A stretch of 64,000 nt of DNA from an uncultured Verrucomicrobiae bacterium (GTDB lineage: Bacteria > Verrucomicrobiota > Verrucomicrobiia > Chthoniobacterales > JAFAMB01), in contig CAWEXO010000005.1 in assembly GCA_963813025.1 (NCBI GenBank), forward strand, positions 64,001 to 128,000, read 5' to 3'. Below the pieces are notes generated by a model. It made no database searches and was not told where the DNA came from. It saw nothing but the letters and a program-made list of their open reading frames with translations. Shown here piece after piece: positions 30,956 to 39,034 of the stretch; position 1 is the first letter of the stretch, and the number at the start of each line of letters is the position of its first letter. The translations under genes and the position numbers were made by a program.

Positions 30956-31396
30956 ATGGACGAATTCTCTGATAACGATATCACCTGGCCGCAATTCCGG
31001 GAACGGTACTGCGCCGGGAATGCCGATCTCACGAACCTGGTTGACACTTTCGAGGCGGCCGGGATCGAACTGCGGCGGTACGCCAATCGGATGGAACTAG
31101 GGCGCCCCCACGGCCTCTTGACGGTAACGAACGGAATCAATGATTACCTGATTGCCGGCGACTTCGTAACCGACGGGCTCAGCCTTTTTGTATCGAACCG
31201 CCCGGGGAAACCTACGTGCCAGTCCATCTGGTGCGTCTCAAACCGGGACAGTCGAACTGGCAAGGGATCGTTGAGAGTATCGCGGCAGATAGCCTGCGCT
31301 AGAAACCAAACCCGCCCCGAGGAAAACGAAAATAAACCCCGGGGCGGACAACCCGTTTCCCCTAAAGCACGCCTGAAATTTAGTTTTTGTCACTAA
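30956..31396 (+). CDS. Hypothetical element protein
   Basis: Starts 9 nt after the previous ORF; C-terminal half looks less protein-like. Confidence 0.45.
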   Translation: MDEFSDNDITWPQFRERYCAGNADLTNLVDTFEAAGIELRRYANRMELGRPHGLLTVTNGINDYLIAGDFVTDGLSLFVSNRPGKPTCQSIWCVSNRDSRTGKGSLRVSRQIACARNQTRPEENENKPRGGQPVSPKARLKFSFCH

Positions 31397-31434
31397 AAAG
31401 TAAAGGCGTACAATCTGTCAACCTACCTTAACCT

Positions 31435-32547
31435 ATGCCAGTTTCCGCTGAGAATTTTTTTTCCACCACAACCTTGATCGACGGCTTTAAGGAAATCCCG
31501 CCTAGCGAAAGCTTTCTGAACTCAAGCTTTTTCGGCGAAGTTAAATTTTTTGATGGCCGGTTTTGTGCCGTCGATACGAAACGCGCCCGCCGAATTCTGG
31601 CGCCCGTCGCCAAGCGCGGCCAGCTTGGGCGCGCCATTATCCGCCCACCGGTGGCAACGTCATTTTACGACGTTCCGATCATCGCACCAATCCGCGTAAG
31701 TACCGTCGCCGATCTCGATGAACGCGGATTTGGTGAGCACATTTTCCAGACTCGTTCCGCTACTGATCGCCTAGCCGAACAAGCGGTCGACGACTACGCG
31801 GAATTGGAAGCCGCAATCAGTCGCCGGATCGAGCTGATGACGTCGCAGCTTTTGCTTACCGGCACAATCAGTTATGTCCTTGATGATGGCGTAACGGTTG
31901 AAACTTTGGAATATGGGAAACCGACAGTGACACTGACGGTTGTCCCTTGGGATAGCCCCGACGCCGATCCGATCGCGGATCTTGCCCGCGCACACAACCT
32001 GATCGTCGCTCAAACCGGGTTTCATGCTGATCTCGCCATCTTCGGGGAAAAGACTTTGGAAGCATTTTTGAGCAACCGGAAAGTCCGCGAAACATTAAAC
32101 TTGCTTCAGTTTAAGCTGGGCACGATCGAGCCGCGGCCAGCAGAAGGCAACGCGCAATGGATCGGCCGCCTTCTGCGCCCGAGTGTCGATCTGTACGATT
32201 ACGCTGAAACCTACGATGACGAGCTAACCGGGGCCGTTACCCCAATGGTGCCTGATGATGTCGTTATCTTTGGCGCTTCAGAAGCGGGCGGCCGCACCGC
32301 CTACGGTTCGATCAATCAAATGGAAACCGATGGCCAAGTTCGCAGCTATCACGATTTGCGGGTGGTCCCGCTGTATCTCTCTACGCCCAACGAACAGGAA
32401 AGAAAGTTTCGTTTGGCCTCGCGGCCCTGTCTTATTCCAAGCGATCTTTTGAGCTGGGGCATTATCAAACCGCTGGCCTCATCGGAAGAGCCCGAAGAGT
32501 CAGCAACCCCGGAAGAATCCGAAACCCGCACACAAAACCTGAAATAA
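31435..32547 (+). CDS. Major capsid protein, lambda gpE family (Phage_cap_E)
   Basis: 'FSTTTL...FL..SFF', 'RRILAP', 'ISRRIELMTSQLLLTG.I', 'WDSPDADPIADL', 'YAETY.DE', 'LASRP.LIP'. Confidence 0.88.
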   Translation: MPVSAENFFSTTTLIDGFKEIPPSESFLNSSFFGEVKFFDGRFCAVDTKRARRILAPVAKRGQLGRAIIRPPVATSFYDVPIIAPIRVSTVADLDERGFGEHIFQTRSATDRLAEQAVDDYAELEAAISRRIELMTSQLLLTGTISYVLDDGVTVETLEYGKPTVTLTVVPWDSPDADPIADLARAHNLIVAQTGFHADLAIFGEKTLEAFLSNRKVRETLNLLQFKLGTIEPRPAEGNAQWIGRLLRPSVDLYDYAETYDDELTGAVTPMVPDDVVIFGASEAGGRTAYGSINQMETDGQVRSYHDLRVVPLYLSTPNEQERKFRLASRPCLIPSDLLSWGIIKPLASSEEPEESATPEESETRTQNLK

Positions 32548-32554
32548 CCCCGTT

Positions 32555-32926
32555 ATGCCACAAGGTATCACCTTTACTTCCCCTACCCGTGCTGCCGACT
32601 TGCACGGGCCCGAGGCCGCTGGCCAAGTTACCCACAACCTTATAATCAAAGGTAACCAGGGCATGTTATCCCCCGGCACCTTGATCAAAGCCGACGGCGC
32701 AAAAGCTGCTACTGCGGCCGAGACGTTCGGTATTCTTGGCTTCAGCACTGACACCGATCAAGGTGACGTAGCCGTTACCGTTTACCTGGCCGGCGATTTC
32801 AACCGCTCAATCGTCGAAGCTGCCAACGAAAGACAGTTGACGCCGGCGGATCTAGAGACGCTGCGCAACAAAGGTATCTTCATCATTCGTTCGATTCCGA
32901 GCTTCGTTCCGCCGCCGGCAGCTTGA
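32555..32926 (+). CDS. Head decoration protein, lambda gpD family
   Basis: 'GTLI', 'FGIL', 'DVAVTVYLAGDFN', 'LRNKGIFI'; adjacent to the capsid gene. Confidence 0.82.
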   Translation: MPQGITFTSPTRAADLHGPEAAGQVTHNLIIKGNQGMLSPGTLIKADGAKAATAAETFGILGFSTDTDQGDVAVTVYLAGDFNRSIVEAANERQLTPADLETLRNKGIFIIRSIPSFVPPPAA

Positions 32927-32930
32927 TGCT

Positions 32931-33083
32931 ATGTCGGGTGTACCAAAGCCAAAGCATGTTGCGGTGCCAAGCGATGAAGCGGTGCGTCTTCTATTGAAGC
33001 GCACTAACTCAGCCGGCATCAACGCACTGCGCCGGGCGATCACCGCACGAAAAAAAATTCCCCCCGGGCAAGGTTCTTTTTGA
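32931..33083 (+). CDS. 50-aa basic hypothetical protein (absent from ORF track)
   Basis: ATG 4 nt after the gpD-like stop; MSGVPKPKHVAVPSDEAVRLLLKRTNSAGINALRRAITARKKIPPGQGSF. Confidence 0.4.
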   Translation: MSGVPKPKHVAVPSDEAVRLLLKRTNSAGINALRRAITARKKIPPGQGSF

Positions 33084-33150
33084 AAAAATTTCGTTGGACG
33101 GGTGCTGGCGATCCTTCCATTCGCGCAATTAATGAGACGGTTTTGAGGTG
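33071..33150 (+). promoter_or_regulatory. Putative lambda-like cos packaging site
   Basis: AGGTTCT + 23 nt ending ACG + GGTGCTGGCGATCCT versus lambda GGGTCCT + 23 nt ending ACG + GGGCGGCGACCT; directly upstream of terS. Confidence 0.6.
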
Positions 33151-33161
33151 AGTCCTCTCTC

Positions 33162-33719
33162 GTGATGGCTGAGGCGGAAAAGCTGGCTTCGGTTTACGTC
33201 ACCTCGGGTGAGCTGGGGGAAATGCTGCGATTACCGGAAGCCGAAGTGCGCAAGCTCGGCCGGCAAAACATTTTCCCGCGCATACCGAATCCGAAAAAAA
33301 GTGACAGTTTCCTGTATCCGGTAGCTGGATGCGTTGGTGCCTTCATCGACTCGTTCAAAAGCGAGTTGAGGCGCAACCAGGAAGGCTACGGCCGGGAAAA
33401 GATGCGCACCGAGAAAGCCCGGGGCGATATGCTCGAATTAGAGCACGCTTTGCGGCTGGGAAAATTACACGACGCCGAGCGCTGCCGGCAAGAACAGCTT
33501 GAGACTCATTCAATGGTGCGCCGCCGGTTGTTAATCCTGCCGCATCGCGCTGCCCGACGATTACCAGGTGATCCGATCGCTAATGAGTCGGTCTTGTCGC
33601 AAGAGCTTGGCGACTGTTTGAGTGCGTTAGCGGCCGGCGGGAAGGTGGCAGAGAACGGCCATGCAAAAACCAAAAAGCTCACCAAAACCCACGGCGTACG
33701 TACAAGCCGAAGTCTTTAG
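33162..33719 (+). CDS. Terminase small subunit (Nu1-like)
   Basis: N-terminal wHTH 'VTSGELGEML.LPEAEVRKL', coiled coil 'EKMRTEKARGDMLELEHALRLGKL', 'RRRLLILPHR'; overlaps terL. Confidence 0.78.
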   Translation: MMAEAEKLASVYVTSGELGEMLRLPEAEVRKLGRQNIFPRIPNPKKSDSFLYPVAGCVGAFIDSFKSELRRNQEGYGREKMRTEKARGDMLELEHALRLGKLHDAERCRQEQLETHSMVRRRLLILPHRAARRLPGDPIANESVLSQELGDCLSALAAGGKVAENGHAKTKKLTKTHGVRTSRSL

Positions 33720-35628
33720 GCTCTACACACCGCCCGAACCGATGGATATCGTCCTTTGGTGCGAGCGGTTCAGGCGCTTAAGCTCCGAGGGCTCGAGCGA
33801 GCCTGGCCCTTACCGCATGTCACGCGCGCCGTTCTTCGCTGAGCCGATGCGCGCCTGTGTCGATCCGCGAACCCGGGAAGTAGTCTGTATGGGCGCTTCT
33901 CAGATCTCGAAAACCGAAAGCCTTATCCTGAACGTTCTGGCGTACAAGATCGCCAATGATCCCGCCCCGAGTTTGCTGGTTACGAGCACACTGCCGGCGT
34001 GCCAGTCGCTCAGCCATGACAGGTTCGAACCGATGTGTCGGGATTGCGCGCCTTTGCGCGGCCTGGTTGCCGAACGCGGCGGCCCTAACACCGAGGGCGG
34101 TTCAACGATCTACCGGAAAAGCTTTAAGGGCGGCCATTTGACGCTGGTTGGTTCGAACTCGGCGAGCGGCCTAGCCCGGATGCCGATCCGTGATCTGTAT
34201 CTCACCGAAGTTGATCGGTTCAGCACAGACGCCGGCAACGAGGAAGGCGATCCGGTTTCCTTGGCGCGGATTCGGACAAGCACTTTTCATGATGCCAAGG
34301 TAATCATGGAATCATCGCCCACCGTTGCCGGCCGATCCCGGATCGAGGCGGCTTATCTGAACAGCACGCAAGAGCATTGGTACAATGCTTGTCCGAGCTG
34401 CGGCTTTTTCCAGATCATCGCGCTAGGCCGAATGGATTTCGCTACCGCAACTCATCGGTGCGAGCATTGCGGCGAAGCAGCTGGGCAGAGTGCCTGGCAA
34501 GCGAGTCCGGGCGAATGGCGGGCGCATGGCGAACATCCGACGATCCGCGGGTTTCATATTCCGTGCTGGCCGTCGCCTTTGATCTCTTGGCAAACGGTGA
34601 TCGAAGAATTCCGGGTTGCGAGCCGGCTGGCGGACGAAGGCGATTCTTCGTGGCTCAGAGTTATCGTCAATACCAGGTTCGCCGAATGCTTCGTCGAAGC
34701 CGAGGCTCGCATGAACGAAGACGATCTACTTGGACGCCGGGAAGAATACGAAGCCGAGATCCCAGATGGCGTGCTGATCTTACTGGCGAGTGTCGATAGC
34801 CAAGACGATCGGCTCTGTTATCAGGTTTCGGGGATCGGCCGCGGAAGAGAGGCTTGGTTGATCGAATACGGAACGATCTGGGGCGATTTGGCGACGAACG
34901 CTGCCCCGATGTACCAAGAGCTCGAAGAACGCGTTCTGGCGCGGCTCTGGCGCTTTGGCGATGGCCAATTGATCAAGGTGCGTCGGTGTGCGCAAGACGC
35001 GATGGGCCATCATTCCAGTACCGTTTATACTGAGGTGAAGAAACGTGCCCGGCAGATGATCGCCTTCCGTGGCCGGCCCGTTGGGATCGCCAAGTCACTC
35101 TACACACTCACACATTCAAGCAACGAAGGCGCCCCTGTCCTGGTCGGCACTGTTGATCTGGCCAAGGATTTGTTATCGGGCTTGCTCAAGGTGCCTGCTG
35201 CGGGGCGGGGTTACCTTCATATCCCGGCAGAAGAAGCGCGCGGGTTCGGCGAAGCGTGGGCCGCTGAGATGATGGCCGAACGCAAAGAAATCAAGTATCG
35301 GAACGGCCAGCGGATCGCGGTATGGACAAAGCGAGCTGGCAGCAGAAACGAAGCATGGGATCTGATGGTGATGACGTTAATCCTGGCCGAAAGCTTGCAA
35401 CTCAATATGGAACAGAGAACGCCGGACTATTACAGCGAGGAAAACAAAACACCAACAGGGCAGCGCCGCTGGGGCGTCCAAAATGCACCGAGCGGGTTCG
35501 GGCAACCGCAAGATCTGATCGTTCGAAGCCGGGTAGTGCCCAGGAACCTAGACGAACCTGATCTTGTTCTACCCGGCGCACCCGTAAAACCGCGCTATGG
35601 CGTCCAGAACAAACCGATGAATTGGTAA
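33661..35628 (+). CDS. Terminase large subunit, lambda gpA family
   Basis: 'SSEPGPY', 'ASQISKTE', 'EEGDPVSLA..RT.TF', 'SSPT..G.SRIE', CxxC pairs, 'VDSQDDRL', 'RNEAWD'. Confidence 0.92.
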   Translation: MQKPKSSPKPTAYVQAEVFRLYTPPEPMDIVLWCERFRRLSSEGSSEPGPYRMSRAPFFAEPMRACVDPRTREVVCMGASQISKTESLILNVLAYKIANDPAPSLLVTSTLPACQSLSHDRFEPMCRDCAPLRGLVAERGGPNTEGGSTIYRKSFKGGHLTLVGSNSASGLARMPIRDLYLTEVDRFSTDAGNEEGDPVSLARIRTSTFHDAKVIMESSPTVAGRSRIEAAYLNSTQEHWYNACPSCGFFQIIALGRMDFATATHRCEHCGEAAGQSAWQASPGEWRAHGEHPTIRGFHIPCWPSPLISWQTVIEEFRVASRLADEGDSSWLRVIVNTRFAECFVEAEARMNEDDLLGRREEYEAEIPDGVLILLASVDSQDDRLCYQVSGIGRGREAWLIEYGTIWGDLATNAAPMYQELEERVLARLWRFGDGQLIKVRRCAQDAMGHHSSTVYTEVKKRARQMIAFRGRPVGIAKSLYTLTHSSNEGAPVLVGTVDLAKDLLSGLLKVPAAGRGYLHIPAEEARGFGEAWAAEMMAERKEIKYRNGQRIAVWTKRAGSRNEAWDLMVMTLILAESLQLNMEQRTPDYYSEENKTPTGQRRWGVQNAPSGFGQPQDLIVRSRVVPRNLDEPDLVLPGAPVKPRYGVQNKPMNW

Positions 35629-35630
35629 AT

Positions 35631-35660
35631 CGAGTGCCAAACGAGTGCCAGAAAGTGACA
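35631..35660. promoter_or_regulatory. Putative integrase arm-type sites (right)
   Basis: CGAGTGCCA (35631), CGAGTGCCA (35642), AAGTGACA (35653), 11-bp period. Confidence 0.6.
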
Positions 35661-35780
35661 GGATTTTGGGAAATAATGGGGTATTTCGGGTTTTAATGGG
35701 TTAGAACAGGTAACGATGTTAACTGCTCTTTAGTCCCTCGGGAATCGGCTCTAGGACTTGATGTTCAGCCACCAGAGCCT

Positions 35781-35865
35781 TGCCGATGGCGGGACTCGAA
35801 CCCGCACGGAGCTTTCGCCCCAACGGATTTTAAGTCCGTTGCGTCTGCCATTCCGCCACATCGGC
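35781..35865 (-). tRNA. tRNA-Leu (UAA), 85 nt, CCA not encoded; 3' part forms the right att core
   Basis: GCCGATG/CATCGGC acceptor stem, anticodon loop CTTAAAA, long variable arm, GGTTCGAGTCC T-arm. Confidence 0.96.
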
Positions 35866-35924
35866 ACACTGGTCTGAAAAGGAACCTGTGCACCGAAATC
35901 ACGCAAGGACAAAAAGTGGTTGGC

Positions 35925-36167
35925 CTAACCCGCTGGAAGGTTTTCGGCGTCCGGGGAGAAATCAGTTTTCCGCGTGAACGGAACACGGTTGGATTTCGGG
36001 ACTGGCGCCCGACCACCGGCATGATAGATCTCGGTTCGGAAGATTGGGATATCCTTGGGAGCCTCAATCCCGATTTTTACGGCATCGCCGTCGATACGCG
36101 TAATTTTAATATGGATCTGATCACCGATCACAATCCCTTCGTTTACCTTTCGTGACAAAATTAGCAT
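35925..36167 (-). CDS. csrA: Carbon storage regulator
   Basis: '[18 protein letters not shown]...[19 protein letters not shown]'. Confidence 0.93.
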   Translation of the reverse strand: MLILSRKVNEGIVIGDQIHIKITRIDGDAVKIGIEAPKDIPIFRTEIYHAGGRAPVPKSNRVPFTRKTDFSPDAENLPAG

Positions 36168-36266
36168 CCTGGGGCCTTTCTGACTGTCTGTGTTACTACT
36201 TTAGGCGTTCCACCCAAAACGCACCGGCGAATGTTTCGCATAAGTCTGGGGAGGATCAAGTCCGCA

Positions 36267-36722
36267 TCACGCAGCGGAAGCGGTCCGCGATAAAAATCGG
36301 TCTTTCAAGCTTTGGTTTTGCTTAATCCGTTCCTCCACGCGGCCGGAGAGCCGGTCGACCTCGGAGACCAGAGCTTCCAATAATGGTTGCACGTATTCTG
36401 GGAAAGACCCGAGAATGTCGGATGTTTTGGCCGCTTCACCTAAGCCGATGAGGGCGGCAGTGTGTCGCAGGATGAGTTCTCGATGCTGCGTACACCGGGC
36501 GGCAAGTTTTAGCTGGCCGTCGATCTGTTCTTCAATCCGCTTGGCATCAGGAACATCGCGACGATAAAGGATTTCTGTCTGCTGGTTAACTAACCGAAGC
36601 AGCCCTCCCTCCTCTTGTAACTCCTCCCGCAGCGCATTCACGAGTTCATCCCAACCAACGTCATGAGTTTGTCGTGGAGCAGCCGAGCGACCCCCGCTAT
36701 GTTCCCTCGCAGGTTCTGTCAT
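36267..36722 (-). CDS. FlgN-like flagellar export chaperone
   Basis: Helical 151 aa, 'LREELQE.GGLLRL..QQ', 'N..L' near C-terminus; between fliA-like and csrA. Confidence 0.6.
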   Translation of the reverse strand: MTEPAREHSGGRSAAPRQTHDVGWDELVNALREELQEEGGLLRLVNQQTEILYRRDVPDAKRIEEQIDGQLKLAARCTQHRELILRHTAALIGLGEAAKTSDILGSFPEYVQPLLEALVSEVDRLSGRVEERIKQNQSLKDRFLSRTASAA

Positions 36723-36723
36723 A

Positions 36724-37545
36724 CTACGCGATAACGCTAAAGAGGTAGGTTCGAAGTTGATTGACGGCCTGGGTGTGGATCTGGCAGATCCGAGATTCCG
36801 TCAGTCCAAAGCACGCAGCAATATCCGCTAATTTCAAACCCTCATAGTAATACATGGCAAGGACTTTTTTCGGGACTTCGGATAATTGACCGATTCGTTT
36901 GGCAAGCAAGAGCACCATTTCCTTCCGTTCGAGCACGTCGAAAGCCGTGACAGACGAGTCGTCGGCAATAAGTTCGTGAAGCGATTGATCTTCGCTGTCG
37001 GCCTCCTCACTGGCATCCAGTGAGACGACCCTTACCGGACGTACCTCATCCAACAACTCATTCAGTTCGTCTTCGCTGAGCTGCATCTCGGCGCGCAGCG
37101 ATTCCTGGCATACCACCCCACCCTGCTCCTGCTCCAGGCGTGAGATGACTGATCCCAGCTTCTTTGCTTTGGACCGGCTGGCGCGAGTGAGCCAATCCAT
37201 CCGCCTGAGTTCATCGAGGATGGCTCCTCTCACCCGCATGGCAGCGTAACTCGTAAAGCTATTATGCTGCGCGGCGCGATAGTTGCGCGCAGCGGCGACC
37301 AGGCCGGTCATGCCAATGCTGTAGAGTTCCTCCAGCTCAATCTTGTTCGGCAGCTTGCGCTTCATCCGCTCAGCAATGGACCGCACAAGCGGAATATGCT
37401 CGAAGACGCGTTGTTCGAAGGCTGCTTCGTCAACGACCGTTGGGCAAAGTTTGTCTTTAGAAAACAACGGGGGCTCGGTTGGGAGGTCAGCTGTGATCAT
37501 ACGTGTGCTGGTTCGGATCTCGCTCCGAAGCAGAGACCATGCCAT
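36724..37545 (-). CDS. fliA: FliA/WhiG family sigma factor
   Basis: 'YAAMRVRGAILDELRRMDW', 'MYYYEGLKLADIA..FGLTESRICQIHTQAV'; start may be 37500. Confidence 0.9.
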   Translation of the reverse strand: MAWSLLRSEIRTSTRMITADLPTEPPLFSKDKLCPTVVDEAAFEQRVFEHIPLVRSIAERMKRKLPNKIELEELYSIGMTGLVAAARNYRAAQHNSFTSYAAMRVRGAILDELRRMDWLTRASRSKAKKLGSVISRLEQEQGGVVCQESLRAEMQLSEDELNELLDEVRPVRVVSLDASEEADSEDQSLHELIADDSSVTAFDVLERKEMVLLLAKRIGQLSEVPKKVLAMYYYEGLKLADIAACFGLTESRICQIHTQAVNQLRTYLFSVIA

Positions 37546-37797
37546 TGAAAGAGACGTTTCGCTGCCTTAACGTATAAGATGTTTTCTACAAGCGAGTTAC
37601 ATCGTTTGGTTTGATTGAAGAAATGGCGCAAGCGACGAATCGCGCCCCGAATTCCAGGAGATATCGGCAATTTTTGCCTAGGCAACTTTTGCCGATGCGG
37701 GCCGGCTATACGACTGAGAGACCAATGGGCTCCAGGTAAGACCAGACGGTGCCAACGAGCCAGCTTAACAAGGTCTCATCCAGAAACTCGCCCGAGT

Positions 37798-38937
37798 TTA
37801 GACCGGCACCTTGTTTCGCTCGACTGACTTTGCCGGACGCATCGGCCGGTAATAGCTGTCGCGCTGAACCGGCTCACGGCCGGCTTCCCGAATGACGCGT
37901 TCCAAAGTAGCCACGGTTTGTTCTTGTGGAGTGGTTGAGCCCGCCATGTGAAAAATCTTTTCTTCCATCAGGGTGCCGTGCAGATCATCGACCCCGTAGC
38001 TCAGCGAAACCTGAGCCAGCGGCAGAGTCATCGCAATCCAGTAACCGGTGAGGTGATCGAAGTTATCCAGGTAAATTCGGCTCACGGCCAAAGTCCGCAG
38101 TTGATTGAGACCCGAAGCCGGTCTCAGATGCGAGAGTTCGGTCGTCTGGGGGACAAAGGCGAACGGGACGAATCCGGTAAAACCTCCGGTCTCGTCCTGC
38201 AAATCCCGGAGCTGTCGTAGATGATCAACGCGCTGTTCGATCGTTTCGATGTGACCGAAGAGCATCGTGCAGGTGCTCCGTTCACCCATGCGATGCCAGA
38301 TCCGATGGACTTCCTTCCATTCTTCGGCCGACTCTTTCCCTCGACAGATTTTATCGCGGACTTCCTGATCAAAAATTTCCGCGCCTCCGCCCGTAAGTGA
38401 ATTGAGTCCGGCGGAGCGCAATAGCTCGAGGGTATCCGGGATACTGCGCTTGAAGATGCGTTCCGCCAAGTGTCGAACCTCGATCGCGGTAAAGGCTTTT
38501 ATATGAAGGTCAGCGCTGAGCTGCCGCAACCTGGTGAGCAGCTCAAGATACCAGTCACCGGACAAATTGGGGTGCAAACCGCCAACCATGTGGACCTCGG
38601 TGACACCCTGAGCCAGCGCGTTCCCGGTGACCTGAACAATCTCTTCAATGGCCAATTCGAAGGCGTGCGGATCCCGTTTTCGCGCGCCGAAAGCGCAGAA
38701 CTGGCAGGAAAGGATGCAGATATTCGAGTAATTGATGTAACGATTTAAAAGGTAGGTCGCGCGGTTCTGGTTTTTCCGTTCGCGCATAAGATTGGCGATC
38801 GTGCCGAGCGCATTAATATCGGGTTGACGGAAGAGAGTAACCGCCTCGGCCTCACTGATTCGTACTCCCGCCGAAACTTTTTCGTAGATCTTTTGCAAGG
38901 AATCGGGAATGAATCGGCTGTTTGTGAAATTTTTCAC
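37798..38937 (-). CDS. mqnE: Aminofutalosine synthase (radical SAM)
   Basis: CxxxCxxC 'NICILSCQFCAF', 'EVHMVGGLHP', 'HIKAFTAIE', 'EEKIFHMAG'. Confidence 0.88.
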   Translation of the reverse strand: MKNFTNSRFIPDSLQKIYEKVSAGVRISEAEAVTLFRQPDINALGTIANLMRERKNQNRATYLLNRYINYSNICILSCQFCAFGARKRDPHAFELAIEEIVQVTGNALAQGVTEVHMVGGLHPNLSGDWYLELLTRLRQLSADLHIKAFTAIEVRHLAERIFKRSIPDTLELLRSAGLNSLTGGGAEIFDQEVRDKICRGKESAEEWKEVHRIWHRMGERSTCTMLFGHIETIEQRVDHLRQLRDLQDETGGFTGFVPFAFVPQTTELSHLRPASGLNQLRTLAVSRIYLDNFDHLTGYWIAMTLPLAQVSLSYGVDDLHGTLMEEKIFHMAGSTTPQEQTVATLERVIREAGREPVQRDSYYRPMRPAKSVERNKVPV

Positions 38938-39034
38938 AATTTAGCGTGCCATATAATTTTCGATGCAGCAAGCTAGCCCGGACCAACCACATCCTCAGCA
39001 ACTCTGCCCGGACAAACGGGTTGAAGAGGGGACG

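Larger units (their letters stand above)
25810..35835. mobile_element. ~10-kb phage-satellite-like element integrated in tRNA-Leu(UAA)
   Basis: Identical 55-bp direct repeats 9,971 bp apart; integrase, switch, primase, helicase, capsid, decoration protein, TerS, TerL inside. Confidence 0.92.

Noticed and set aside
25810..35835. Complete autonomous prophage
   Set aside because: Only 10 kb between att sites, with no recognisable portal, tail or lysis genes
35781..35865. Group I intron in tRNA-Leu(UAA)
   Set aside because: Gene is contiguous at 85 nt with an intact anticodon loop
35765..36067. 100-aa ORF across csrA and the tRNA
   Set aside because: Translation of tRNA sequence; spurious
38936..38952. 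Sigma-54 promoter before mqnE (TGGCACGCTAAATTGT on minus strand)
   Set aside because: -12 element is misplaced by a base, lacks GC and overlaps the start codon
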